DNA of 63,158 bases, filler included, from Platydemus manokwari (lineage: Eukaryota), in NCBI GenBank assembly GCA_037951405.1. It is 5 parts of 5 records of this genome, joined end to end, with 100 filler letters (N's around TTAATTAATTAA, not from the genome) between each part and the next. Parts side by side here need not be neighbours in the genome. Positions count along the whole stretch, not along the records: positions 45,561 to 63,158 come from JBBMOY010955528.1; 4 more parts are not named here. The stretch is one strand, 5' to 3'. Each line of letters opens with the position of its first letter. Positions within the stretch are counted from its first letter, which is position 1. A model generated the notes under the pieces. It saw only the letters and a list, made by a program, of their open reading frames with translations. It ran no database searches and was not told the origin of the DNA. The position numbers and the translations under genes are program-made. Positions 62,861 to 63,158 of this stretch are shown here, piece after piece.

Positions 62861-63158
62861 AATTGTTATTATATAGTAATTGTTATTATATAGTAATTGT
62901 TATTATATAGTAATTGTTATTATATAGTAATTGTTATTATATAGTAATTATTATTACATAGTAATTGTTATTATATAGTAATTGTTATTATATAGTAATT
63001 TTTATTACATAGTAATTGTTATTATATAGTAATTATTATTATATAGTAATTGTTATTATATAGTAATTGTTATTATATAGTAATTGTTATTATGTAGTAA
63101 TGATTATTATAGGTAATGGTTATTGTATAGTAATTGTTATTATATAGTAATTGTTATT
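62861..63158 (+). repeat. 17-bp minisatellite (AATTGTTATTATATAGT)n running off the window
   Basis: About 17 near-perfect tandem copies. Confidence 0.97.

Noticed and set aside
62861-63158. CRISPR-like or telomere-like array
   Set aside because: These are head-to-tail 17-mers with no unique spacers and no G-rich telomere motif; an ordinary minisatellite.

Overview
Very AT-rich eukaryotic DNA made of five contigs joined by identical artificial 100-bp spacers (44N-TTAATTAATTAA-44N), so adjacency across those joins is unproven. The repeat content and the many TRAF-like relics suggest an invertebrate, possibly a planarian flatworm (inference only). There are two long intact ORFs: a divergent myosin-motor-like protein with degenerate ATPase motifs (9672-12653) and a 1631-aa low-complexity protein of unknown function (31506-36401). 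The rest is decayed elements: a Polinton/Maverick fragment interrupted by a Merlin transposon end, Gypsy integrase and gag relics, solo LTRs of several families, a pogo relic, a hAT MITE and tandem repeats. Manual translation through frameshifts gives two main results. (1) About seven decayed fragments of negative-strand RNA virus (Mononegavirales/rhabdovirus-like) L polymerase lie in both orientations and derive from several different viruses; the best has motifs A-B-C(QGDN)-D at about 44600-45260. Weaker N- and G-like candidates are also present. (2) About a dozen decayed TRAF-type RING/zinc-finger/MATH relics are interspersed with them. All homology calls are by-eye motif recognition and need HMM/BLAST confirmation; the boundaries of decayed features are approximate.
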